From: a virus
Virus record (IMG/VR): IMGVR_UViG_3300036398_002324
DNA length: 64,000 bases
Strand: one strand, 5' to 3'
Shown here: positions 1 to 6,664 of the stretch, piece after piece
Numbering within the stretch: the first letter of the stretch is position 1
Layout of the letters: every line of letters begins with the position of its first letter
The notes under the pieces: generated by a model
Told to the model about the DNA's origin: nothing
Databases searched by the model: none
The model's input: the letters and a program-made list of their open reading frames with translations, nothing else
Made by a program: the position numbers and the translations under genes

Positions 1-8
1 AAAACAAT

Positions 9-326
9 GTGACTGGCGATTTGGCTACTGCGCTGATTGGCTACAAAGATGCGATTGTTTCGAATTATTACAACAAATGGGCGCCTGATACGGGCGTTGA
101 TGTTGATGTGTCTCGCTTTGGTATTGAGTTTGAAGAAGGTAACAAATACGTGAAGATTGTTTCGGTGTCGTGGGGCTCCCGCTCGGTTCATTCGTTTGTT
201 GAAAAGGCTACGGGTGATATCTGGAAAGCAGCTTCGTGGAAAGCGCCAGCACGAAACTTTGTGCGTGGTAATGTATTCAAACCTGATTCGTATCTGAATC
301 GGACAACATGGACAGGAGTGGTATAA
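9..326 (+). CDS. conserved phage hypothetical protein (may start upstream of window)
   Basis: ORF with FVEKATGDIWKAASWKAPA motif seen in phage early proteins; the GTG start is uncertain at the window edge. Confidence 0.7.
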   Translation: MTGDLATALIGYKDAIVSNYYNKWAPDTGVDVDVSRFGIEFEEGNKYVKIVSVSWGSRSVHSFVEKATGDIWKAASWKAPARNFVRGNVFKPDSYLNRTTWTGVV

Positions 327-328
327 TT

Positions 329-490
329 ATGCTAAAATGGTTTACTAAAGAAAATCTTCGTGCTGCCATCGGACTTACTTTTGCAGGTCTGATGGTTCTT
401 TGTTTATTCTTGGGCCGAATTGATTTGAGTATCTTTGCAGTGCTGTTTTTGATTCTGATGGAAATTGAAAAGATGAATGGCAATAAATGA
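329..490 (+). CDS. small membrane protein
   Basis: two hydrophobic segments; AGGAG upstream; stop overlaps next start. Confidence 0.6.
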   Translation: MLKWFTKENLRAAIGLTFAGLMVLCLFLGRIDLSIFAVLFLILMEIEKMNGNK

Positions 491-888
491 GTCCACATCT
501 TGACAAAGAGTTGTGTGGGAAGTATACTAACATAATGGTCGAGCGGCACCTTGGTGCTATGCAAACATCTATGTGTTGGGGCTTCGACCACGGCGACGGC
601 TGGTTTCATATCCTTGATACAGCTATGAAACTGGTGCAGTCACATATTGATATTACTCGGCGCCGTGGTCATGAGATTGAACAAGTTGTATTTGAGCAGG
701 TCAAAGAGAAGTTTGGTATGCTGACGATATATCATCGTGGTGGTGATGAATATACAAGAGGCATTCTCCGCATGGCAGAAGAGATAAGCCGCTGCACTTG
801 TGAAGAATGTGGCTCACCAGGAACTCCAACAAAGACCGGTTGGATTCGAACACTGTGTGATAAACACCATGAAGAGATGGGAAAATGA
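487..888 (+). CDS. hypothetical protein with C-terminal CxxC..CxxH zinc motif
   Basis: QVKEKFGML and CEECG..LCDKH; typical phage early protein. Confidence 0.75.
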   Translation: MSPHLDKELCGKYTNIMVERHLGAMQTSMCWGFDHGDGWFHILDTAMKLVQSHIDITRRRGHEIEQVVFEQVKEKFGMLTIYHRGGDEYTRGILRMAEEISRCTCEECGSPGTPTKTGWIRTLCDKHHEEMGK

Positions 889-1031
889 TGGTTATTGTAA
901 ATGCTTTTTTTGCAGTATTATTCTGGAACATGAGTGATGTTGCAAAAGAAGAAGACCGTTCGGGATGGGCGCTTGTGTATCTGATAGCATCGGCTGCAAA
1001 TGGTGCTGCCGTTCTTGCTAGTATTTTTTAA
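885..1031 (+). CDS. small membrane protein (48 aa, not in ORF track)
   Basis: MMVIVNAFFAVLFWNMS...AAVLASIF*; ATGA overlap with upstream stop; fills the gap. Confidence 0.55.
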   Translation: MMVIVNAFFAVLFWNMSDVAKEEDRSGWALVYLIASAANGAAVLASIF

Positions 1032-1042
1032 GGAGAAGTGAA

Positions 1043-1201
1043 ATGAAAGAAATGATTTTTGCTGCTGTTGTGTTTTTGATGTTTTTGAGTTTGATGGTAT
1101 TTTCGATAATTTATAGTGATACCATTCGGATTGATTGTCGAGAGAAAGCAATGGAAAAAGGTATTTACTCATCGGCTGAAATTCAAGTTCTTTGTAGATA
1201 A
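1043..1201 (+). CDS. small membrane protein (52 aa, not in ORF track)
   Basis: AAGGAG SD; MKEMIFAAVVFLMFLSLMVFS...EIQVLCR*. Confidence 0.6.
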   Translation: MKEMIFAAVVFLMFLSLMVFSIIYSDTIRIDCREKAMEKGIYSSAEIQVLCR

Positions 1202-1212
1202 AGGAGAAAACA

Positions 1213-1689
1213 ATGCCCAATTGGTGCGATAATTCACTGACACTTACTCATTCAGATAAATTGAAACTGGATGAATTAGAAGCGGAATTGCAAAAGAAAG
1301 AAGATGCTGAACTATTTTCACACTTTAGGTCAAACGGAGGAGAATGGGATTATGGTTGGTGTTTAGAGAATTGGGGCACCAAATGGGAAGCACGTATCAT
1401 CGATTGGGAACGTATCGATGAAACAACGATGTTTATTAGTTTCGAAACTGCATGGGGCCCACCAATTGCATTGTATGAATACATTGAACAAGAAGAGTGG
1501 TCAGTAGAAGGTCTGTATCATGAACCAGGCATGGCTTTTGTTGGCATGTACGAGCAGGGCTCAGACAATTATTTTGAGTATGGTGATTTATCTGCTGATG
1601 AAATTGAAGAAGAAATACCGGAAGTGTTAGAAGAAACATTTGGTATGGCACAATACAAGCGTGAATGGGAAGATGAGGAAGAAGAATGA
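1213..1689 (+). CDS. DUF1281/YubB ferredoxin-like domain protein
   Basis: MPNWCDN start, WCLENWGTKW and FETAWGPP motifs; AAGGAG SD. Confidence 0.75.
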   Translation: MPNWCDNSLTLTHSDKLKLDELEAELQKKEDAELFSHFRSNGGEWDYGWCLENWGTKWEARIIDWERIDETTMFISFETAWGPPIALYEYIEQEEWSVEGLYHEPGMAFVGMYEQGSDNYFEYGDLSADEIEEEIPEVLEETFGMAQYKREWEDEEEE

Positions 1690-1958
1690 AAGTAATGAAA
1701 CACGAATGGCATTCAGTAGATTCTCAATGGACATTTGAGATTACAGAAGACTTTATCGCAGAAGTTTATCCTGAGTTGGAAGAAGATGAAGTCAAACAAA
1801 AAATGGAAGCCCTTTCAAGTGGTGAAATAGAAGTATCGGAAATTATGAATGATGCATGGGATGTTGGTGTTGACATTGATTGGGACCATGAGTATGATGA
1901 TTGGTGGACATCACGAAAAGGCGGATATGAAGTCACCTATGAGTTGGAAGAAGAATGA
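1686..1958 (+). CDS. acidic hypothetical protein
   Basis: ORF coupled at both ends. Confidence 0.7.
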   Translation: MKVMKHEWHSVDSQWTFEITEDFIAEVYPELEEDEVKQKMEALSSGEIEVSEIMNDAWDVGVDIDWDHEYDDWWTSRKGGYEVTYELEEE

Positions 1959-2338
1959 GTAATTACGGAATTCACTCAAATAGGTTTCAAGGAGATTATA
2001 AGCGTGTGCTGACAGTCTGTTCAGCTAACATGCTGCGGTCACCTACAATAGCACATGTGTTATCTGCGAATCCGTATAATTTTAATACAAGGTCAGCTGG
2101 TACAGAATCATATGCTTTGATTCCAGTCACCGAAGATTTGCTGATGTGGGCTGATGAAATTGTGTGTGCTGATACGGAACATGCAATGTGGGTACGCAAT
2201 AAAATGATGACCTGGATGTTAGATAAGCCAATCATCAATCTTGAAATTCCTGATAACTATGAGTATCGGAATCCTGAATTGATTAAGTTAATCAAGGAGC
2301 GTTATGCACAACGAACTATTAAACCATCTGGCACTTGA
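1955..2338 (+). CDS. low-molecular-weight protein-tyrosine-phosphatase-like protein
   Basis: CX5R P-loop VCSANMLRS, SAGT, WADEIV, IPDNY. Confidence 0.8.
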   Translation: MSNYGIHSNRFQGDYKRVLTVCSANMLRSPTIAHVLSANPYNFNTRSAGTESYALIPVTEDLLMWADEIVCADTEHAMWVRNKMMTWMLDKPIINLEIPDNYEYRNPELIKLIKERYAQRTIKPSGT

Positions 2339-2552
2339 AACTGGCGGGAGTCACTTTCCCGCCGTTTTTAAACAATATCAAAAAGACTACGTTTTGAATG
2401 TGTTGTCAGAAATATATCAAGTCTATGAAAAAGGTGAGAACAAGCCAGAAGATTATCTAGCACTGGACCTCTGGGATGATATTGTACGCCATTTCCAACT
2501 TGATAATTATGAAATTGATAAGTTGCTAAAAAACAACAAACAAACCGCTTGA
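2304..2552 (+). CDS. hypothetical protein
   Basis: AAGGAG upstream of ATG; in operon. Confidence 0.6.
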   Translation: MHNELLNHLALETGGSHFPAVFKQYQKDYVLNVLSEIYQVYEKGENKPEDYLALDLWDDIVRHFQLDNYEIDKLLKNNKQTA

Positions 2553-2577
2553 CAGAGTTCCGACCATTCTGTAGAAT
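2522..2577 (+). promoter_or_regulatory. sigma70-type early promoter with upstream GTTG-N8-CAAC inverted repeat
   Basis: TTGACA 2549-2554, 17 nt, TAGAAT 2572-2577; GTTGCTAAAAAACAAC 2522-2537. Confidence 0.75.
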
Positions 2578-2610
2578 TATACATGTTGATGATTATTACA
2601 GGAGTTTGTG

Positions 2611-3000
2611 ATGGCTTACGTATCTCAAGAGTTGAAAGCAAAACTGGCACCAAAAATCAAGGCAATCTGCAAAAAGTATGGCGTGAAAGCCAGCCTTGCA
2701 GTTCGCCATCATTCGACCCTGGTGTTGAATGTAAAATCCGGTAAGATTGATTTTATCAATGACTACGGTGATACGCCAGAAACACGGGCTGATGCTGAGA
2801 AATTCGGCATTCAAGTGAATCCCTATCACTACAAAAGCCACTTCAATGGTGAAGCTTATCATTTTCTGAGTGAAGTGATTCCAGAAATGAATGCTGGTAA
2901 CTGGGATAAGTCTGATATTCAAAGTGATTATTTCAATGTTGGTTGGTACATTGACGTAAATATTGGTAAGTGGAACAAACCTTATACTCTGGAGGCTTAA
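2611..3000 (+). CDS. conserved phage hypothetical protein
   Basis: AGGAG SD; WDKSDIQSDYFNVGWY motif. Confidence 0.75.
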   Translation: MAYVSQELKAKLAPKIKAICKKYGVKASLAVRHHSTLVLNVKSGKIDFINDYGDTPETRADAEKFGIQVNPYHYKSHFNGEAYHFLSEVIPEMNAGNWDKSDIQSDYFNVGWYIDVNIGKWNKPYTLEA

Positions 3001-3001
3001 T

Positions 3002-3169
3002 ATGGATCAAATTGATAAAATTATGGCGTTTGAATCAGGTGAACTAGACTTTGATGCTACGGTAGAATTGTTTCAAGATTTGATTGATTCGGGTCTGGCG
3101 TGGCAATTGCAAGGTTCGTATGGTCGTATGGCAAATTCTCTGATTGAGAATGGTTATTGTGAGCGATAA
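3002..3169 (+). CDS. hypothetical protein
   Basis: GGAGG SD then ATG at 3002; FQDLIDSGLAWQLQGSYGR motif. Confidence 0.7.
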   Translation: MDQIDKIMAFESGELDFDATVELFQDLIDSGLAWQLQGSYGRMANSLIENGYCER

Positions 3170-3170
3170 A

Positions 3171-3563
3171 ATGAGTGAGCCAAGAATCGTATCAAATCGA
3201 ATTCGTACTCCTGATGGTACGATTCTTGAATCCATGCATCGGCATGATTATGTAACTTATATTGATACAAATGGACTCGAATACATGGTTGATGGCGGCT
3301 TGGATTACCTGCGCCGTAATGTACATGATGAAGCACCCGCTGAAGAATTATCGGTATATTCCAGTGAATCGCACGATGTAATTCGTGAAGCATTCAAGTG
3401 GGGAACACGTGGCAAAGATGGTAGACAGCCTTTGACATATGTACCGCTGAAAGACTTGACAACAGACCACATTGTGGCTATACTTGAAACTCAAGATCAT
3501 ATTCAGCAATATATCAGAAATATTTTTTTGGATGAGATGATTTTTAGAACAAAAAATGTATAA
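3171..3563 (+). CDS. conserved phage hypothetical protein
   Basis: SMHRHDYV..MVDGGLDYLRR..WGTRGKDG motifs. Confidence 0.7.
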   Translation: MSEPRIVSNRIRTPDGTILESMHRHDYVTYIDTNGLEYMVDGGLDYLRRNVHDEAPAEELSVYSSESHDVIREAFKWGTRGKDGRQPLTYVPLKDLTTDHIVAILETQDHIQQYIRNIFLDEMIFRTKNV

Positions 3564-3566
3564 ATA
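3559..3566 (+). promoter_or_regulatory. T4-type late promoter TATAAATA
   Basis: exact consensus; predicted +1 near 3572, the A of the leader ATG. Confidence 0.7.
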
Positions 3567-3571
3567 AGATT

Positions 3572-3667
3572 ATGAACAAACATATACACAATACGAAGCC
3601 CTGCCAAGAGTATCGCACATTTAGCGATAATGGATCATGGGCGATTACGTTGGGAGTTTGTGTATAG
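3572..3667 (+). CDS. putative attenuator leader peptide containing all 20 amino acids (MNKHIHNTKPCQEYRTFSDNGSWAITLGVCV)
   Basis: 31 codons, 28 distinct; no SD; last codons are the antiterminator 5' strand; not in ORF track. Confidence 0.7.
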   Translation: MNKHIHNTKPCQEYRTFSDNGSWAITLGVCV

Positions 3668-3703
3668 AAGTTAGTCTGTAGCATAAGATTACACAAACCC
3701 CGA
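3650..3703 (+). promoter_or_regulatory. antiterminator helix
   Basis: TTGGG(A)GTTTGTGTA 3650-3664 pairs with TACACAAACCCCGA 3690-3703, sequestering the terminator 5' arm. Confidence 0.7.
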
Positions 3704-3729
3704 AGCCCAAAAAGTTTCGGGGTTTTTTT
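3695..3729 (+). terminator. intrinsic terminator (attenuator) immediately before tRNA-Pro
   Basis: CCCCGAAGC / GTTTCGGGG stem, 7-nt loop, T7 tract 3723-3729. Confidence 0.85.
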
Positions 3730-3731
3730 AT

Positions 3732-3805
3732 CTCGGTGTGGTGAAATGGTATCATGCGTGGTTTGGGACCATGCGGCGAAAGTTCGATTCTTTCCACCGA
3801 GACCA
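3732..3805 (+). tRNA. tRNA-Pro(TGG)
   Basis: CTCGGTG/CACCGAG acceptor, anticodon TGG, GTTCGA, encoded CCA. Confidence 0.95.
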
Positions 3806-3811
3806 GAATAA

Positions 3812-3869
3812 TGTGTTGTAAAACAACAACACAAAAATGCTTGACAGTTTGGCGAAATATCTTTATAAT
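3812..3869 (+). promoter_or_regulatory. perfect sigma70 promoter for the tRNA array with upstream inverted repeat
   Basis: TTGACA 3841-3846, 17 nt, TATAAT 3864-3869; TGTGTTG-N8-CAACACA 3812-3833. Confidence 0.85.
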
Positions 3870-3890
3870 CGTTTCTGTTGAGTGATTGAA

Positions 3891-3902
3891 GTTCTTTAAA
3901 AA
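3891..3902 (+). promoter_or_regulatory. boxA-like antitermination site
   Basis: GTTCTTTAAAAA just downstream of the promoter, resembling rrn boxA. Confidence 0.55.
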
Positions 3903-3914
3903 GTGTGAATCAAA

Positions 3915-4004
3915 ACAGGTGTGAGCGACCTGTCTCTGAAAAGAGTTGAGCAAGGGTTTGATGCAGTAATGACTTCGGCATCATGTAATAGTCTGTTCCT
4001 TGTT
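3915..4004 (+). ncRNA. candidate structured RNA in tRNA-operon leader
   Basis: ACAGGT/ACCTGT, CTCT-GAAA-AGAG, AGCAAGGG/TCCTTGTT enclosing TGATGC/GCATCA. Confidence 0.4.
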
Positions 4005-4026
4005 AGTTTGCGAATTTTAGTTTTAT

Positions 4027-4102
4027 GCACCGTTCGTCTATCTGGTTAGGACAACGCCCTTTCAAGGCGTAAAGACGGGTTCGAATCCCGTACGGTGTAC
4101 CA
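4027..4102 (+). tRNA. tRNA-Glu(TTC)
   Basis: cloverleaf, ACGCC-CTTTCAA-GGCGT, CCA. Confidence 0.95.
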
Positions 4103-4154
4103 AACTTTTAAAAAGGAGAGTCCACATGGACAGTGACAAGAGTAGTAAGATGAA

Positions 4155-4230
4155 GGGGCTATAGTCAAACGGTTAAGACAGCGGACTTTTAATCCGTCAG
4201 GTCAGGGTTCGAATCCCTGTGGCCCCACCA
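4155..4230 (+). tRNA. tRNA-Lys(TTT)
   Basis: cloverleaf, GCGGA-CTTTTAA-TCCGT, CCA. Confidence 0.95.
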
Positions 4231-4316
4231 TATAAAAACACATTCAAACACATGATGACGCCCGGGGTTATGGAATGTTTTACGACACTCCAAGAATGTG
4301 TTTCTATATGGTTTGT

Positions 4317-4390
4317 TGGGATATAGTGTAATGGCAGCACCGCAGACTTTGACTCTGTTAGTCTAGGTTCAAATCCTAGTATCCCTGCCA
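4317..4390 (+). tRNA. tRNA-Gln(TTG)
   Basis: cloverleaf, GCAGA-CTTTGAC-TCTGT, CCA. Confidence 0.93.
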
Positions 4391-4399
4391 AAATATTAT

Positions 4400-4477
4400 G
4401 GCACTTTAGCATAGCTGGCCTAATGCGCTGCCCTGTCACGGCAGAGATCACGGGTTCGAATCCCGTAAGTGTCGCCA
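4400..4477 (+). tRNA. tRNA-Asp(GTC)
   Basis: cloverleaf, CTGCC-CTGTCAC-GGCAG, CCA. Confidence 0.95.
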
Positions 4478-4486
4478 AAGTTTTAT

Positions 4487-4561
4487 TGCTCGGTAGCACA
4501 GCGGTAGTGCAGTTGACTGTTAATCAATTTGTCGTTGGTTCGATCCCAACCCGAGCAGCCA
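4487..4561 (+). tRNA. tRNA-Asn(GTT)
   Basis: cloverleaf, GTTGA-CTGTTAA-TCAAT, CCA. Confidence 0.95.
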
Positions 4562-4563
4562 AG

Positions 4564-4755
4564 TTCCGGTTTCTACTTACCTGAAAGTAGCGGGTGTCAC
4601 ACGTTAGTTAGACCGGTTGGCTAGGCTACCGTTAGCGCAATGCAGAGCAGAGCACCTAGATATCCGGACACAACCGGTAGCACGATACGCTGAAACAAAT
4701 GTGGACAGGGTAAAAACTCAGCATAGGGGCGATGACTGGAAATCACGTAGCCTAA
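4564..4755 (+). ncRNA. candidate pseudoknotted ncRNA
   Basis: non-coding, GC-elevated; crossing 8-bp helices 4612-4619/4671-4678 and 4622-4629/4747-4754. Confidence 0.5.
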
Positions 4756-4758
4756 GCA

Positions 4759-4888
4759 ATATTAGTTTTGCAGTTTGTAAGCCATGGGCTTGATCATGCC
4801 TGAGTAACTATGTCTATAAACGGTAAAGAAAGTCCTGCAGGCTACTCCGTTGAAACATAGCAAATAGTGCAGACTGCAAAACTAATAT
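4759..4888 (+). ncRNA. candidate ncRNA closed by a 21-bp terminal stem
   Basis: ATATTAGTTTTGCAGTTTGTA / TGCAGACTGCAAAACTAATAT with inner helices. Confidence 0.55.
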
Positions 4889-4973
4889 GGGTTGGAAGCA
4901 TCAATGGTGATGCAGTGGACTGTAAATCCGCCGTCTTCGGGCACGACTGGTTCGATCCCAGTACAACCCACCA
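4889..4973 (+). tRNA. tRNA-Tyr(GTA)
   Basis: anticodon GTA, long variable arm, CCA. Confidence 0.93.
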
Positions 4974-4979
4974 TATTTT

Positions 4980-5054
4980 CGGTCTTTAGTAAAATGGATA
5001 TTACGGATGGCTACGGACCATCAAGTGGGAGTTCGATTCTCTCAGGACCGGCCA
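4980..5054 (+). tRNA. tRNA-Arg(ACG)
   Basis: GATGG-CTACGGA-CCATC, CCA. Confidence 0.93.
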
Positions 5055-5055
5055 A

Positions 5056-5130
5056 GGGGGATTGGTATAGTTGGGAACACATCAGATTTGCATTCTGAAG
5101 TAATCGGTTCGAATCCGATATCCTCCACCA
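5056..5130 (+). tRNA. tRNA-Ala(TGC)
   Basis: G3.U70 pair, anticodon TGC, CCA. Confidence 0.95.
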
Positions 5131-5137
5131 TAGTTTT

Positions 5138-5211
5138 GCCCGTTTAGTTAAATGGTATAACAGTTGATTTGTAATCATCTATTGGCAGTTCGATTCTGTC
5201 AACGGGCACCA
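5138..5211 (+). tRNA. tRNA-Thr(TGT)
   Basis: GCCCGTT/AACGGGC, anticodon TGT, CCA. Confidence 0.93.
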
Positions 5212-5229
5212 ATATTATAGTTAAACATT

Positions 5230-5856
5230 ATGATTAAATTTAATGTAACTCCTATTTTTCCTAGACCGTTCGCTGAATACACGGTTGATGAAAATATGGA
5301 TAATTTTTTTGAAGTCGTTAAAAATTTGAAGTATATTTCTCACAAGAATACATACTCAAATATTGAAACGACAGAAGATAAACACATATTAGATTCGTTG
5401 CCTGAAGTAAAAGAAATCTTTAAAAAGTATTTCTATCATTTCAAAAATGAGTTTTTGCATTTTAATGATATAGAGTTTGACATTACCACTTCATGGGCAA
5501 CTAAAACACAAAAAGGTGGTTTTAGCGCATCACACGCACATTACAATAGTTTTTATTCTGGCGTGTATTATTTTGAATCGATGCCCGAAGAGGGTGCTGA
5601 TGTTATTTTTGAGCGGCCTGAAGAAGTAAGTTCATTTCTTATTCAGCCCAATGAAATAGTAAATGATGTGACAACGAATTTTTGTTTTTATAAACCTGTT
5701 AAAAATACTTTGATATTTTTTCCAAGTTTTCTAAAACATAGAGTAGCGTTACATGAAATTGATGACATTCGGTATTCGTTGGCATTCAATGTTATTCCTG
5801 TTGGAAAATTTGGGTTTCAAGATTCAACTTTGAATGTGCGACTTAATAAGAATTAA
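5230..5856 (+). CDS. putative 2OG-Fe(II) oxygenase (TIGR02466-like)
   Basis: SWA..HAHYNSFYSGVYY..LIFFPSFLKHRV..RYSLAFN motifs. Confidence 0.8.
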   Translation: MIKFNVTPIFPRPFAEYTVDENMDNFFEVVKNLKYISHKNTYSNIETTEDKHILDSLPEVKEIFKKYFYHFKNEFLHFNDIEFDITTSWATKTQKGGFSASHAHYNSFYSGVYYFESMPEEGADVIFERPEEVSSFLIQPNEIVNDVTTNFCFYKPVKNTLIFFPSFLKHRVALHEIDDIRYSLAFNVIPVGKFGFQDSTLNVRLNKN

Positions 5857-5862
5857 ATTTAT

Positions 5863-5939
5863 AGCGGATTAGGGAAGTGGTCGTTCCCGCCGGTCTCATA
5901 AGCCGGAGGTCGCAGGTTCGAATCCTGCATCCGCAACCA
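5863..5939 (+). tRNA. tRNA-Met(CAT), probably initiator
   Basis: anticodon CAT, mismatched 1:72 pair, GC-rich anticodon stem, CCA. Confidence 0.85.
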
Positions 5940-5961
5940 GTTTTTTATTTACGGGTGAAAC

Positions 5962-6429
5962 ATGAAAAAAGAAATTGACATACATGAAGTGGCTGCATTT
6001 CTTGACACATGCGGTCCCGATACGAAAGTTTACATTGGTGCAGACAGTGAACGTTTTCAAATAAATGGTGAATGGTTTGCTGATTATATTCTAGCGGTTG
6101 TTGTTCATATCGATGGTCGGCACGGTTGCAAGATTTTTGGTTGTGTTCAGCGTGAACGTGATTACGAACAAAAGAAAAATCGCCCACGTATGCGTTTGAT
6201 GACAGAAGTTTATAAAGTTTCGGAATTGTATTTAAAACTTTATGATGCAATACCACATGATATTGAAGTGCATTTAGATATTAATCCAAGTGAGATGCAC
6301 GGCAGTTCATGTGTAGTAAACGAAGCAATTGGTTATATCAAAGGTACATGTAATGTTGTACCGCTTGTGAAACCAAAAGCTTTTGCAGCAAGTTATGCGG
6401 CAGATAGATTTAAAAGTATTGCTGCTTAA
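5962..6429 (+). CDS. RNase H-like YkuK (DUF458) family protein
   Basis: VYIGADS, RLMTEVYK, IEVHLDIN, AASYAAD motifs. Confidence 0.8.
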   Translation: MKKEIDIHEVAAFLDTCGPDTKVYIGADSERFQINGEWFADYILAVVVHIDGRHGCKIFGCVQRERDYEQKKNRPRMRLMTEVYKVSELYLKLYDAIPHDIEVHLDINPSEMHGSSCVVNEAIGYIKGTCNVVPLVKPKAFAASYAADRFKSIAA

Positions 6430-6433
6430 AAAT

Positions 6434-6507
6434 CTCGGTGTGATGTAATGGTAGCATCGCAGTCTCCAAAACTGTTCGTTGCGGTTCAAGTCCGTACACC
6501 GAGGCCA
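6434..6507 (+). tRNA. tRNA-Trp(CCA)
   Basis: GCAGT-CTCCAAA-ACTGT, CCA. Confidence 0.93.
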
Positions 6508-6509
6508 GT

Positions 6510-6585
6510 GGTGTCTATAGTGTAGTGGTCTGCACGAATGTCTGTGGAACATTCAGTATGAGTTCAATCCTCATTAGACACCCCA
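6510..6585 (+). tRNA. tRNA-His(GTG)
   Basis: G-1:C73 signature, anticodon GTG, CCA. Confidence 0.93.
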
Positions 6586-6587
6586 AT

Positions 6588-6663
6588 GGTGCTTTAGCTG
6601 ATGTGGTCATAGCGGCGGTTTGAAGAGCCGTTGAAGTTGGTTCGATTCCAACAGGCACCACCA
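6588..6663 (+). tRNA. tRNA-Phe(GAA)
   Basis: GCGGT-TTGAAGA-GCCGT, CCA. Confidence 0.92.
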
Positions 6664-6664
6664 T

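Noticed and set aside
4826-4836. AAGAAAGTCC as RNase P RNA conserved region I
   Set aside because: The match to GAGGAAAGTCC is imperfect, there is no partner strand for P4, and the element is too short.
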